Positions 34,780-49,300 of a stretch of DNA of 64,000 bases are shown one piece after another. Within the stretch, counting starts at the first letter, position 1. Each line of letters begins with the position of its first letter. The notes beneath the pieces are model-generated. The model was not told where the DNA came from. It saw nothing but the letters and a program-made list of their open reading frames with translations, and did not search any database. The position numbers were made by a program, and so were the translations under genes. The DNA is from Phoronis australis (Eukaryota; Animalia; Phoronida), in the NCBI GenBank assembly GCA_002633005.1, contig NMRA01000161.1, positions 621,990 to 685,989 on the forward strand, in the 5' to 3' direction.

Positions 34780-35649
34780 TATAGCAATGTGACTTTGATA
34801 GTTTAGCCAGGGTTAAGCACAATTTTAAGAAGATTTTTCCGGCATTCAAGATGTACCAGAATCATGGTGAATTCAGAGCACAAGGAGAACTTTGGTGATG
34901 GCAAATTCCAAGACATAGGGAAGTATTTCCGAGGGCAAATTCCAGGACGCTACTAGTAGGGTGTTGCCGAGATCTACAGCTAAGAGGCGCGCCTGTTCTG
35001 CAGAAGAGGGAGGAATGTTGTAACACGTGGCTTCCAGTTGTGACGTACATTCAAATAAGGCCTCTCTAAGTCGCTTGCCAATTGCTTCTTGGCTGAACAG
35101 TTTAGACACTAAGTTCTCACACGAAGAAAAAGTATTGATAATGGGAGTATTTGTTCGAGTTGGAAGGAATTAAACACATCGACAACCTTCTAAGGTGTTC
35201 CTCTATGCGCAAAAGGTATTTATAACAATGTGACTTTGATGTTTTAGTTGGTGCGAGGCATAATTCGCCGAAAAACTTCCGGCGTATGGAGCGCCTATAG
35301 GAGCTGCATCGCCTCTGGTCGGGCCAACAGAGGCGATGGTCATTGCCTAACACTGTCGAGGACTAGTTAGCAAATAACAACAGCGAGCCCGAAGACGACA
35401 GAAGGTTGGCAGCAGGGGTTAAGTCTACGTAGACTTCAATGTCTTATAAATCTGTGAATAGGTAAATTTTCCACTTGTTTACAAACTATCTGAGCTCAGT
35501 AAAAACAGAAACAATTGTAAACAGACTAACAATACGGGTTTGCTCCCATTCATTCAATGTCAGTGATATTTTTAACTTAACAGAAAAGTCTCTATCTTTC
35601 ATTAGCAACCTTACTAATTGTTTAACTTGATTTGTTTTCAAAAGACGTA

Positions 35650-35950
35650 CAAATCAAAAGAAAACAAACCTTGAAGGACCTGTAAGTGGCAAAACAAATT
35701 AATTTACGGGATGTAATTTTTCATGTTTTCAAAAAATGGCGGCCGGAAATAACTTTCACAACTTCCGTCGAAAAAATAATTTTCATTTTCTACTTTGCTA
35801 TTGCAACAAAGTGTTTCTAATCCCTCAAGGATTGAGTTAATAATAGTTAAAATCAAATATTTTAGCTTATCTCGTGAACGTTTCTACACGAAATAAACTT
35901 TCCGTGGGAACGTGACGTCGGAGCACTGAGACGAGTGAGATTTTTATGGA
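35650..35950. promoter_or_regulatory. Candidate bidirectional promoter of CEP135 and TRIP12
   Basis: Lies between the two divergent start exons, each preceded by a splice acceptor, so non-coding first exons are implied. YY1 motif AAAATGGCGGC 35733-35743, ETS-like CCGGAA and ACTTCCG (35761), X-box-like TTTGCTATTGCAAC 35794-35807, CRE-like TGACGTC 35913. Confidence 0.55.
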
Positions 35951-37286
35951 AGTATCTCTCCAAACAAACTATCCTGAAACCTGGATTCTTTAGAAATAAC
36001 TTGTTCTTTCCAAAGACTTGAGCTGTTGGTATGTGGAATTCAACCTATTATGTTTAATGTCTATTTGTTTTAAACCCCAGGAAATGAATAGACCAGTTGT
36101 TTTATGGCTTTTCTGCCTAACCCTTATTGTGAGCTGGGAAATGGCGTTTTCTTTGTGATTTTTTTCCATGCAAGATGTTCAACAGCAAATTATTCATGGA
36201 GACTTTGATGCGTATTCGATTGCAGATAATGTGTTTGATGTGATAAAAGTCATTTTTTTGCTTTCACTCTGACTGTAAGGCAAGTTATGAAAAACGTTTT
36301 GTTGTCTTAACCCTGGTAACTTGCTGCACCTCCATTCCAAAAACATGGCCGACTCTCATTCAGTCATTGTTGAATGTTGGTCAAGTTTGATCAGTTTTAT
36401 AGCAATGCTTCTTAAGAGCTGAAAATTCGAACATAGCTGTTTTTGCAGCGTTTGTCTCTCACGCTTTTCAACCAGTGTTAATTAGAAACAGCTGAATTGA
36501 AAGAGACTTCTAAATGCCGTCATGGATCCGAATAATTTGTACTGTGGTATCCCAATAGTTACGGGTCAAATCTTGTCCCTGATGTGGAGAGCTTAGCAGT
36601 CACTCAATGGAAAATCCATTGTTCATTTGATGAAGCATTTTCTCAACATCAAGGACTTCTGTTCTCTTTGTTTCAGGTGTCTCCCGGTGTATTGCGATTT
36701 TTCAGGGTACAGATAGAATCATTTACATTGGAGTTGATAAAAACCTCAATTCACTTTTAGACTAAGTCAATATAGTAGGTGACCATGCATTCCTTATCTC
36801 TTTTTATGCCATACCACTAAATGTAAATAGAACAATTCTCTTCTCTGAGATCACATGTTGTCTAAAATCTCACCACTGTTTGACACACTCATCTATAGCT
36901 ATTCTGGGATTGTCTGTTATGGGAATCATATTGAAACATCTTCCCTTTCAGGAACTTTTAATGTGTGAGTGGCGTGCTCTAAAAAGGAGATATAAGCTCC
37001 CAAGGAGTTGGCATGCCTTGGATTATGTGTAGCTATGTATTTTGCTGCGGCTGATGAGTTGGTGCCTCTGAATAGCTGTTTCTGCATTGCTAGAACTGTA
37101 GGAACAAAATGGCGATTAATCCATCACTGGCCTGAGTCAGCTGATTGTTGCTATTCACCCTATAAACTTTAATATTTGCTTCGATAAGTTGATTTGATTT
37201 CCTCTTTTCTGTTACCTGTTCATCATTTTGACGTTTCTTTCTTCAGGACTTTCTGACTGGCATGTGCCAGCTGAGGTGCGCTGTCT

Positions 37287-37378
37287 ATGGCCGACCAACC
37301 TAAAGCCCTGTCTGGGGGGTCAAGGAGGTCACATCGAGATACTAAGGGGACCAGTAACCAGACGAAAACTACTTCCAG
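37287..37378 (+). CDS. TRIP12: TRIP12 first coding exon (exon starts at 37247)
   Basis: [21 protein letters not shown] resembles human [22 protein letters not shown]; donor AG|GTAAGC in phase 2 fits the next exon. Confidence 0.8.
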
Positions 37379-40300
37379 GTAAGCTGCTTGTAATGGGTGT
37401 AATGGGGCAGTACATCAACAGAAATTCTTCAATTTAGGACTGATTTCATTGCTAAAATGGCTGTTTTTCAACTTTTCAAAGGTTATTACTGCAGATGCTC
37501 AAATTGTTGTTGAGTCTTTCCAAATCGCTACCATTACTCAAAGTCTACTGTTGTTTCTAAATTCAGTTTTCTTTCAAACTTACAACTTCATACATCTGGA
37601 GCTAGATTCAAAGCAAGTGCCTCGATATCTCTGTGCAGAGTTGCCTGGTGAACTTAGGAGTAAAAGGAAAACGAGAACACAAGCTTAGTTATTGCTAAGT
37701 TTGAAATACGTCCAACAGCTTTCATAGGAAGTGGGTAGTAATTGGGAGAATTTTGAATCCTTATCTTGCTATGTTGGACTATAAATCACGTAAAACCGTT
37801 CCAATTCATATTTTGTTGCAATTCATGTAAACAAAGTGTAATTGGACTTTTATGGTCCCATGTATACATGTGGGGGCATTTTGCCATCTACTCTGTCTGG
37901 TGGCCGTTGCCATATTTCCGAAACTCCTTAAAGGATGTTCGTGAAATTTTGCAGACAGGTCGCCAAACGAAATCTGAGGTCACCAAAATTGAAAACGAAA
38001 TCATCGGCGCCGATGACTGAGGTTCCCCAATTGGTGTAAATTTCCATGCCCTTCTCTAATTTTACCCGTACACGTATGTACATTCAGTCTCTAACCCAGT
38101 TATTCCTCCCACCTACAACTGGCTGATGAGCATAGGACGCACATGACCGCATGCCCTGTTGCCGCCAATTTCCTCGATCTTGCCCAATGTTTCCGACTTC
38201 TGTCCATTTACTTCCTGTTGTAATTTCAACGTGGTGGCAAATGTGCTCAGTTCACGAAATAAATGGAACAATTGTGAATCAAAGGTAATACATCTAGGAA
38301 CACTTAGCAATTTCAAGTGTGGAAGTCAACAAGAACGTTGACACGAATTTAGAGGGAAATATTGTCTGACTTCGATACTTGCACTGGTGACCTCGTGGAT
38401 ACTTGGAATTTTTCCCAGGTTGCCACAAACAATCTGAGGTCACCAAATCGAGTGCTGTACTGAGATGAGCATGTCTGACTTTGATTTTCGGACAGGTCCC
38501 ACAGCTGTGGTGGCCTTGGTGGTAATTTTCATCCCCTGTGCCACAATGTATGCCAATTTCCTTGATTGATCTTCTTGAAATTTGCCATGTGTTCTAACTG
38601 TGAGTAGTACAGTTGATTTTGCGACAAGTCAAACTCTTGTGGTGTCTTCTAGTGGCAATGTATGTCTACTTTTGCATATACAGAAGTTTCTATCAAGGAG
38701 ACGACGGCACTTGCATTGCTTCAGACATATTTGAGTTGTGTTACATTCCCTAGTGGTGGTCATTATTGTTTTTCATCTGTTTTTTTTTTGTTGTTCACTT
38801 CCCTATCTATTGAACCGCTTGAAGAAACATGAAAGGTGGCTGTTATATTCCTATTGAAGAGAATATGGCACCCACTAGTGACATTGCATTTGCCTCAGTA
38901 TCTACCATGGTTGCGGGCGAAAACCAACAAGTAGTGTTAAAAATTCTGATGACCATTTTCATGGTGAATGATACAAGTTCAGTATTACGGATATACTGTT
39001 ACTTAACGGTTAGTAATAAATAAGGTCACTAATGCACAACTCGGCAATATGATCGACTCATTATTTTGGCTGTGAAGGTTGCCATGCCATTGAAACCTAT
39101 TGCACTTGTCTCAAACAAGTCGCAGATTTTGAGCTCAAAAGGTTGGACGGTTACCTTAAAACCCCACACAGCTCAGTTTGGAAGGTCAGATTCAAACTGA
39201 AATAAGGTAGGCGACTTTACGTGAGAGAATGCGATCCCAGAAATTTGCACTTTAATTTGATCCCGATAACAGCTACGTGACGTTTCGACGGTGAATGTGT
39301 TTTTGTACGCATACTATTGATTGCGTGATGTGTGAAAATTTTTTCAGTTTTTGTGTAAGTGCTCCTCGGTGCATGTTCGCAAATTCACGATTTATGTTTC
39401 CTATTCTCGATTTTGTGGATGGTCTTATAGATAGCCTACGCGAATTACATGTATCTAAAAATAAACAGAACACCAATTTCCAGAATGAACTTTGGCTAAT
39501 TTGGAGGGGACACTTGCCCTGCTGACGTCACTTGTATATATGCCCCTTTCATGGCCTGTAGTCCAATCTGCTGTTCCACTTTGTAATCCAGCCATTACAG
39601 CTTGTATGCGGGGTGTTTGTCAATATGGCCAATGATACTTTTGGATACTTCTTATGTCAAGCACGCAGTTCAGTCTGACGGGCAAGTTAACTGGTTGACA
39701 ATCCATTCTGGCTGTTTTATTTTCAACTTCGGTTCCAGTCTGTGATGGATATTTCGAATATTACGTTAAGTCTTTATGCTTGGTTGACTCAACACAGCAT
39801 GTTTTGATGAGTCATGGTATACAACTTGACTAACAACATGTAAGTTTGTCTTATGCAATGTGAGCAATGTAGAGTTCATTTGCAAAGCAAAAATCTACTT
39901 AAAATTAAAATAGAACAAGGGGCATCTAATCAAAATGTGCTCTTGATGGTCATATCATTGTTAACTGGCAGAAGACTGGACAGTCTGTTATGCGTTTTTT
40001 TTTTTTACTGTACACGCAAACACTGGCTTGAGTGATGAAAACGGGGGTTGGCTATCTAGTCATGTTGAACATGCTGATCAATTTTTTACAAAAAAAAAAC
40101 GACTTGAGCTTCACAAACCAAAGCATACCATTGGTTTTGGTGGCTGTTGAGGATAAACTTCCGATGCTGTGATTGAAAATTCGAAAGAAAAATATCGAAG
40201 CCAGAATTTTCAACTATCTATCCGCCATTTTTTCAGTCCACTCAAGAAGATTACTAATGGTTATGGCTGTACAAAAGTATAATGTTAGAATTTTGTGAAA

Positions 40301-43300
40301 AACTTCGACATAAGGGTCGATGCCTTGCTTTGAGACCTTTTACAGGCCTACTGTCACAAGAAATGCTGTATTTTTACCTCCACTGCTCAGCCAGCCTACC
40401 TCCCTTTTGGAAGTGTTTGTAATGTTTTTGTTAAATATGCAGTTATGAGGGCAGCTTCTACTGCTCTGTGCCATTTTTATGCGCCCAGTTATTTATATGT
40501 GGGACATATTGTCATCATCTCTGTCTGGCTGGCGTTCGGGCGTCGGGCATCCGTAGCTGTGTCTCTTAAAACCCTTCCGGAATCTTTATTGAAATTTAGC
40601 AGGTGTGTTCCTTTGGGGTTGACGACAGCCGACGAGTTTCGGACCGACCCAAGTACAGCTGTGCCCCCTAGTGGCAATTTTAGTTTTTTACATTTGTCTC
40701 TGTATCTTCAAAGATCCTCAACCGATTTTCATGAAATTCGGCACATTGGCATCTATTAATGAGTTGACACTATCCTCCCATTTTCGGATGGGTTCGAGGC
40801 ATTTTGCACCATTAGTGGCCATTTTTACTATTTTTGAGTTTTTTTTTGGCGAATGCCCCTCTATCAACCAAACCACTCTAAGGATGATTGTGAAAATTGG
40901 CATGTATGCTCTTACTATGAAGAGGACAGTTGACGATGATTTTCCTACGACTTCGACTGCTGTGGCACCTCCTAGGTGCAATTTTGTTTGTTTTTGCACC
41001 CATGGCTATATCTCCTAAATGCTCTACTGGATCTTTATTAAATTTAGCAAATGTATTTATATGAAGCTGACGACGACTTTCAGACAGATCGGACTACCAG
41101 TGTGCCCCCTTGTAGCAATTTTAGTTGTTTTACGTTTACCTCTATCTTCAAAAGCCCTCAACGGATATCCATAAAATTTGGCAGATGGGCATCTATTGGT
41201 GAGGTGACACAAGCCATTCATTTTTCAGATTGATTCAAGGTATTTTGCGCCATTTTTGTTATTTTGAGTCTGTTCTCTGGTGTGCGTCCCTCTGTCAACC
41301 AAACCACTCAAACAATGATTGTGAAAATTGGCATGTATGTTCTTACTATGAAGAGGGTGGTTGTTGATGATTTTCCAACGACTTCGACTTACTGTGGTGC
41401 GTCTTAGTGGAAGTTTTTTTGTGTCCATGGCTGTATTTCCTAAGCCCTCTGCAGGATCTTTATTGAATTTAACAAGTGTAGTTATATGAATTTAAGAACG
41501 GAAGGCGACAACCTTCAGACGGATCCGACGAACGCTGTGCCCCCTAGTGGCAATTTCATTTTCTCTAAAGTTCCTTGACGGATTTTCAAGAAACTTGGTA
41601 AACAGCTTTCTGTTAAAAAATAGTGACATTTACCCATTTTTTGATGGATTTTGCACTACCTAGTTGCCATATTTATGATACAAACAAACACCCCAATTAG
41701 CACACCATTTGCATTGCATTCGTGGGCACATTTCAACGCTCCGTTTTGTTCTTTTTTGTAATGTCAAGATTTTTCGTCCGCACCCATGTGGTCACGTAAC
41801 CTGTTATTTTACGCAGACAGCGCTCCCGCTGGTCGCCCACTAATAAACAGATGTAATCCTGTTGATATTCGGATACGTCGGTCTAGTATGGTGTCTCATC
41901 ATGACAGTTTGTAATATCTTCCATGTTTCTTCATGGATCCTCATGAGAGCACATATAGTGTTGATTTTTGGATGGCTCTGACTATTGTGTCACCTTGTGG
42001 CAGTCTTAGTTTTCTTTGTGTCTACTGAGTCTTTTGAATATGACAATTATGTTAATAACAAAGATTAAATGGCACTTGTTGAATTTCGGATGGATCAGAT
42101 GAATGCTGTGCCCCCTTGTGGCAATTTATCTTTTGCAGTCATCTCTCCATCTATGTAAAGACCTTGTATATTTGTACTGAAGGTGGGACAACACATGTCA
42201 GTGTTTGGAGAAATCTATGTTGTGCAGTGCCATTCAGATACTGCTTGGGTCTACCTCTGACTGACTTACCGCTTGAGGGATCTTTGTGAACTTTGAACTT
42301 CTGTCTCTATCACAGCAAAGACCACACTCTTTAATTTTCAGATAAATACTACTAGTACTTCAAGATATTGTGGCAGTTACTAATTTTTGATGCCCACCAT
42401 GGTATACATGTACTGTTCAAGGAATTCAGCAGTTATGTTTTCATTAATGAGAGTCCGCCTCACCAGTCTTTAAATGACTTGCTTTACACCTCCTAGAGGC
42501 TATTATTTGAGGTTAACTAATATTACTCCCTCTAGTGAGAATGTTTAAAGTAATGGTCATCCCTTATATCTGTGCTGTATTTACATAGTGGTCCTATCAA
42601 TGCTCTGCCTTGCTCTTACACATGAAGCTGCAATTTGCATCCAGCTGGTTCCAGTAACCAAATGTTCAGTTAGATGATTGGATAAAGTAAAGTTAAACAA
42701 ACTCAGGTTGTTATAATTAGTGTGATGCATTTGTTGCTTAAAAATGTCTCTGAAACTGAAATGTTGCTGAAAGATTATATAAATACAGGGTATTTGTGGG
42801 GGGACCTGTCAAATTTCGTATTTGAACTGTCAAAAGTAATGTTAATTTCTGATGAGGGAAGTCAAGAAACTCTTAAATAAAACACATTTATCAAGTGATA
42901 AATTCATATGTTATCACCTGGTAATACGTTACCGAAACCTTGCATTTTGAGAATTTTGACCAAAGTTGGAATTATTTTTTCCGTATGATATTACAAAGTA
43001 GACATTAAGGTACCTGTATATAACGCAGATTCGGTCTCGCCTAATTGTTGTGCAACTGTTTTTGGATCATGCACTGGTCTCAATGTGGCTATTTTTGGAA
43101 CGTGGTGTGTAATGAAAGGTGTGTCATGTCAGCTGATCACATGAAGCTGGCTCCATTCAGAAAGCTGCATTGAGAGGTGCACCATGTGCGGGCAAGCTGC
43201 GCTGTGCACCCATGGCTACACGTAAACTGGACACAGGGTTGTTGCCATGCTGTGAAGTAGCGTGTTTGCAAGACAGTTTGATCTTCGGAACAAATATGGC

Positions 43301-46300
43301 TATGACAACCTCAAAACCCAATTACCTCTGTTTGTCAGAAGTTGTAACTGACATTTGGAGTTAATAAACAAAAGATAACACCATCAGGAGGGTGAAAATG
43401 CTTAAAATGACTAAAATGTTGATTCTTATGCAGCCACATATATCAGTCTGCGTCATGCCTGTCCTTAGCTAGCAGTGTTAAATGATAGTGACTTGTTGGC
43501 ACTAGTTGATTTTGGCACATATTTGACTATTGATTAGCATGTCAGGTTGGCCATTTTAGTTTAGAAACAACTTGACTCTAGGGTTCATGGCTGGGATGCA
43601 ACATTTGCAGTCAGTTATCTTGCATATTAGATTTCCATGGTATCCCCTGCTGATATTCTTAGTTTTTTGTTGATTTTCAGGTTTGATATCATAGTTGCCA
43701 AATAAATCTTAATTCTACTTGAAAGTAATATCGTTTGCAGTGCAGTCATAGATGGATTCAACACTTTGTGTTGCACTTGCATATGAAAATTAAATAGCTC
43801 TGCATGCAGCCTTTGATGTATTTATTAATGCCGTCCCCATGCATTTTGAAATCTCAGAAATATTTTGAGGAAATAATACTCTGGAGTAATTCCAAAAATG
43901 GTCATTTGCCCAAAGGATTCGTGAATACCGGAAAGTTAGTTGCCCCTTTTGGCAGAGATTGACACTCCACTACTCTTTTGTGAATGACCAGCCAATGGAG
44001 TGCAAGCCATACACCAGCAGTAGTGGTTTTATGATGTAGATAACGATCGGAATTTTAATTGAATCAATAAACCATGTAGGCCTTGAATAAATTTTCCCCG
44101 GTGTTCATCCAAGGAAATTCAGTGGAACTCAAGAGTACCTATTAAAAAGTTCCTTGACAGATATACTTGATTATTTCTACCAATTTTCACATGGGACTGG
44201 CAAAACTGTGGAAATTTCGTGCTTGTCACAGTTACATAAAGGTATATCCATGCTATGTTTGGTTTTCTGGTATTGTTGACTTAAGTATTCCCAAGTCCAA
44301 CTGTAATAGTGCTGTGAGCAGTTCACAGTTGAAGAAGATAGTCTTATGGAAGAAAACACAGCCTTGGTACATATTCATGACGGGATTTCTAAAAAATTAA
44401 GAAATTTTAAAAAGTCTGTCGGAAACACAATTCTCAAATTATTTTAGTGTTTGGGTCTATATGGGTAAAATTTTAAAATCACTTCCTCTGGGATTTGAAT
44501 GTCAAACTGTAAATTTCACAATCAATTACATTGGCTTTTTTAAGGTGCAGAGCTCGATGCTAAACCATAACGTCAACTCGCCAAATTCGACCTAGCAAAA
44601 TTCCCAGGTCGTTGAATGGGAAATGAGGTTTCCAAAATAGGGAAATCGTGTGTCCGAAAGTCCTCACCTACAGAAATGGTGTATAATTGGTAGCAGCGGA
44701 AAATGAAAAATGGGGTTACCTGAATTATGGAACCCACGAACTGGGCAAATTTTCACATAGACACTTCACATCCGAAGTGCGACTTTTTCTGTTCGTATTT
44801 TTTTGGTAGAACAGATAATTAGGAATGGATCTTGAGCTCTGTAATGCCCAATGACCCCCTTGGAGCCACCTATGTTCCACGCAGCCCCAGACACTCGACA
44901 TGCCTTGTATGTGCATGAATCATCAACCCGCTCTTCCGGTTTGTGCCAAAGAATTCTGACTGCCATGTTTGCTTCCTGCAGTATTTTGAGCACGTGCTCA
45001 GATGTGTGCTTGCCGTGTTGTATTTAGCAGGTTCCCAAACAAAATTTGAGGTTGCGTTGGCGACCTACTGGTCATCAAATCAAGCCCTGAGGTGCTTTAG
45101 TTTGAGCTTGAATGCTCAGTTTTGTGGTAGCTATGGGTGTTTTGACTTTTGACTTTTGAATTTGACATTCGTAATGGTACCATATGTGGTTTTAACAAGC
45201 AAATTTTAATGGCTTGTTTTGGCAGGAAAACGAGACAAGCTTTAAACTTTTTTATTTTTCCTATATTTTATTTGAACACTGAAACCTTCCTGCGACAAAA
45301 AGGTCTCACAATTTCAGTTGCCTTTTGCTATAGTACACAACAAAAGTAGTTAGATAAAATACCATTTTCCATCATGATGGCTGATAATGATTATTATGAG
45401 AGCAAAATTACAGAATGACTTAGCCACCTTACTAACTTATCTGCTAATTCCCTTCTTTCTTCATCACCTGGTAAGGCTATTCTGATGAGGATTTCAGCTT
45501 CCACCCAGCTGTCATGCTGGGGCATTGTGGGTGATTTTGTCTGAATACTGTAGGAAAAGAAATTAGGAGATCAGTGGTGGTTGATTTGAAGGTGTCAAAT
45601 TTTACCAGTCAACCTTGTCCAAAACGAATGTTGTGTGAGTGTGTTCTTTTAATCACTACCTCGATTTATCTGTATGTCGATGGAAATCATTTTCTGTTCT
45701 GACACATGCAATATTTCCAAATTATTTTTCCATATATGAGGAATTTTATGCTTGTACCAATTGTTGACTATTAGTTGATACATAGGACGTGTTGGAGACA
45801 GTATGGACACATGATGAGCCTTGCAAAAGAAGTACAAACTATTTGAATGGATGAATAAGGGTTATTTAGGACCCTAGTGAAAAATGTCCAACTTTGGCTA
45901 ACTTCGGAATATGATACTTAAGAAACAGCTGATGGGATTCATATGCTTTAATTCAAAGTGTTCTCCTAGAATTGTTTTTAAAATGTTCCACTTTTGCATG
46001 AGAGGCTATCAAAAAAAGATTTTAGGATTTTCATGAAAAAATGCATGAAATGAAATGAAATTATCATTTAAAATCTGTAATGGTTTTTGAGTTCTTATTT
46101 TGAACATTGATATCAAGTGAAATTTGGTCATGTTACTGATACCGTTGTTTTGCTTTCAATGTATTTTTCTTTTTTGTTAATTGAAGGCAGANNNNNNNNN
46201 NNNNNNNNNNNNNNNNNNNNNNNNNNNNNNNNNNNNNNNNNNNNNNNNNNNNNNNNNNNNNNNNNNNNNNNNNNNNNNTAGCTAAAGCGCCAAACACAAG

Positions 46301-49300
46301 CTAAACGCAAGACAATCGAGTAACGGTCGTGACATCGTCAAGACAAGGTAAAAATTACAAACCCGTTATACCGATTCTCGGACTCGAGCCTTATACAGTA
46401 GTAATCATCCGTTGAACGCTTTAGTGACACGGGAGTTGCGTCGATCCCAAATTACCGTATCTAAAATTTTCCTTGTCCGAAAGTCGCGGGACAAAATTCT
46501 GATGTTTATGACAATGTCCGAAATTCGAGGATCTTTGAAAAACAGTTTTTGGACCTTGTACGAATTTCGTGGACTATGAAAAACTCATTTCGTAAATATT
46601 CTTGGTCGAAAATGGCGGGCCGTCCGAAAATCACGCGACTTTACCGTACCTCTGTTTGTCAGAAGTTGTAACTGACATTTGGAGTTAATAAACAAAAGAT
46701 AACACCATCAGGAGGGTGAAAATGCTTAAAATGACTAAAATGTTGATTCTTATGCAGCCACATATCAGTCTGCGTCATGCCTGTCCTTAGCTAGCAGTGC
46801 TAAATGATAGTGACTTGTTGGCACTAGTTGATTTTGGCACATATTTGACTATTGATTAGCATGTCAGGTTGGCCATTTTAGTTTAGAAACAACTTGACTC
46901 TAGGGTTCATGGCTGGGATGCAACATTTGCAGTCAATTATCTTGCATATTAGACTTCCATGGTATCCCCTGCTGATATTCTTATTTTTTTGTAGATTTTC
47001 AGGTTTGATATCATAGTTGCCAAATAAATCTTAATTCTACTTGAAAGTAATATCGTTTGCAGTGCAGTCATAGATTGATTTCAACACTTTTGTGTTGCAC
47101 TTGCATATGAAAATTAAATAGCTCTGCATGCAACCTTTGATATATATAATAATGCCGTCCCCATGTATTTTGAAATCTCAGAAATATTTTAAGGAAATAA
47201 TAATCTGGAGTAATTCCAAAAATGGTCATTTGCCCAAAGGATTCGTGAATACCGGAAAGTTAGTCGCCCCTTTTGGCAGAGACTGGCACTCCACTACTCT
47301 TTTGTGAATGACCAGCCAATGGAGTGCAAGCCATACACCAGCAGTAGTGGTTTTATGATGTAGATAACGATCGGAATTTTAATTGAATCAATAAACCATG
47401 TAGGCCATGAATAAATTTTCACCCGTGTTCATCCAGAGAAATTCAGTGGAACTCATAATACCTATTAAAAAGTTGCTTGGCAGATATACTTGATTATTTC
47501 CACCAATTTTCACATGGTACCGGCAAAATTGTGGAAATTTCCTGCTTGTCACAGTTACATAAAGGTACATCCATGCTATGTTTGGTTTTCTGGTATTGTT
47601 GACTTAAGTATTTCCAAGTCCAGCTGTAATACTGCTGTGAGCAGTTCACAACATACCCTTGGTACATATCCATGACGGGATTTCTAAAAAAATTAAGAAA
47701 TATTAAAAAGTCTATCGGAAACACAACTGTCATATTATTTTAGTGTTTGGGTCTATATGGGTAAAATTTTAAAATCACTTCCTCTGGGATTTGAATGTCA
47801 AACTGTAAATTTCACAATCAATTACATTGGCTTTTTTAAGGTGCAGGGCTCGATGCTAAACCGTAACATCAACTCGCCAAATTCGACCTAGCAAAATTCC
47901 CAGGTCGTTGAATGGGAAATGAGGTTTCCAAAATAGGGAAACCATGTGTCTGAAAGTCCTCACCTACAGAAATGGTGTATAATTGGTATCAGCAGAAAAT
48001 GAAAAATGGGGTTACCTGAATTATGGAACCCACGAACTGGACAAATGTTCACCAGACACTTCACATCCGATGTGCGACTTTGTGTTTGTTTTTTGGTAGA
48101 ACAGACAATTAGGAATGGATCTTGAACTCTGTAATGCCCAATGACCCCCTTGGGGCCCCCAATGTTCCACGCAGCCCCAGACGCTCGACGTGCCTTGTAT
48201 GTGCATGAATCATCAACAAGCTCTTCCGGTTTGTGCCGAAGAATTCCGACTGCGTTGTTTGCTTCCTGCAGTATTTTAAGCACGTGCTCAGATGTGCGCT
48301 TGCCATGTTATATTTAGCAGGTTCCCAAACAAAATTTGAGGTTGCGTTGGCGACCTACTGGTCATCAAATCAAGCCCTGAGGTGCTTTAGTTTGAGCTTG
48401 AATGCACAGTTTTGTGGTAGCTATGGGTGTTTTGACTTATGACTTTTGAATTTAACATTCAAAATGGTACCGTATGTGGTTTTAACAAGCAAATTTTAAA
48501 TGGCTTGTTTTGGCAGGAAAACGAGACAAGCTTTAAACTTTTTTATTTTTCCAATATTTTATTTGAACACTGAAACCTTCCTGTGAAAAAAATGTCTCAC
48601 AATTTCAGTTGCCTTTTGCTATAGTACACAACAAAAGTAGTCAGATAAAATACCATTTTCCATCATGGTGGCTGATAATGACTATTATGAGAGCAAAATT
48701 CTAATTACAAAATGACTTAGCCACCTTACTAACTTATCTGCTAATTCCCTTCTTTCTTCATCACGTGGTAAGGCTATTCTGAGGAGGATTTCAGCTTCCA
48801 CCCAGCTGTCATGCTAGGGAATTGTGGGTGATTTTGTCTGAATACTGTAGGAAAAGAAATTAGGAGATCAGTGGTGGTTGATTTGAAGGTGTCAAATTTT
48901 ACCAGTCAACCTTATCCTAAACGAATGTTGTGTGAGTGTGTTTTTTTAATCACTACCTCGATTCATCTGTATGTCGATGGAAATCATTTTCTGTTCTGAC
49001 ACATGCAATATTTTCCAAATTATTTTTCCATATATGAGGAATTTTATGCTTGTACCTATTGTTGACTATTAGTTGATACATAGGATGTGTTGGAGACAGT
49101 ATGGACTCATGATGAGCCTTGCAAAAGAAGTACAAACTATTTGAATGGATGAATAAGGGTTATTTAGGACCCTAGTGAAAAATGTCCAACTTTGGCTAAC
49201 TTCGGAATATGATACCTAAGAAACAGCTGATGGAATTCATATGCTTTAATTCAAAGTGTTCTAGAATTGTTTTTAAAATGTTCCACTTTTGCATGAGAGG

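Noticed and set aside
34258-35353. Cluster of minus-strand ORFs with shared peptides (QTKVEFALAT, SKSHCY) suggesting a nested gene
   Set aside because: The similarity is at DNA level (MITE family B and a direct repeat); homologous copies contain stops; no consistent splice structure.
44725-48442. Paired ORFs MLKILQEAN… and MPKNSDC…
   Set aside because: They lie inside MITE family B within the duplicated block; frameshifted between copies; no recognisable domain.
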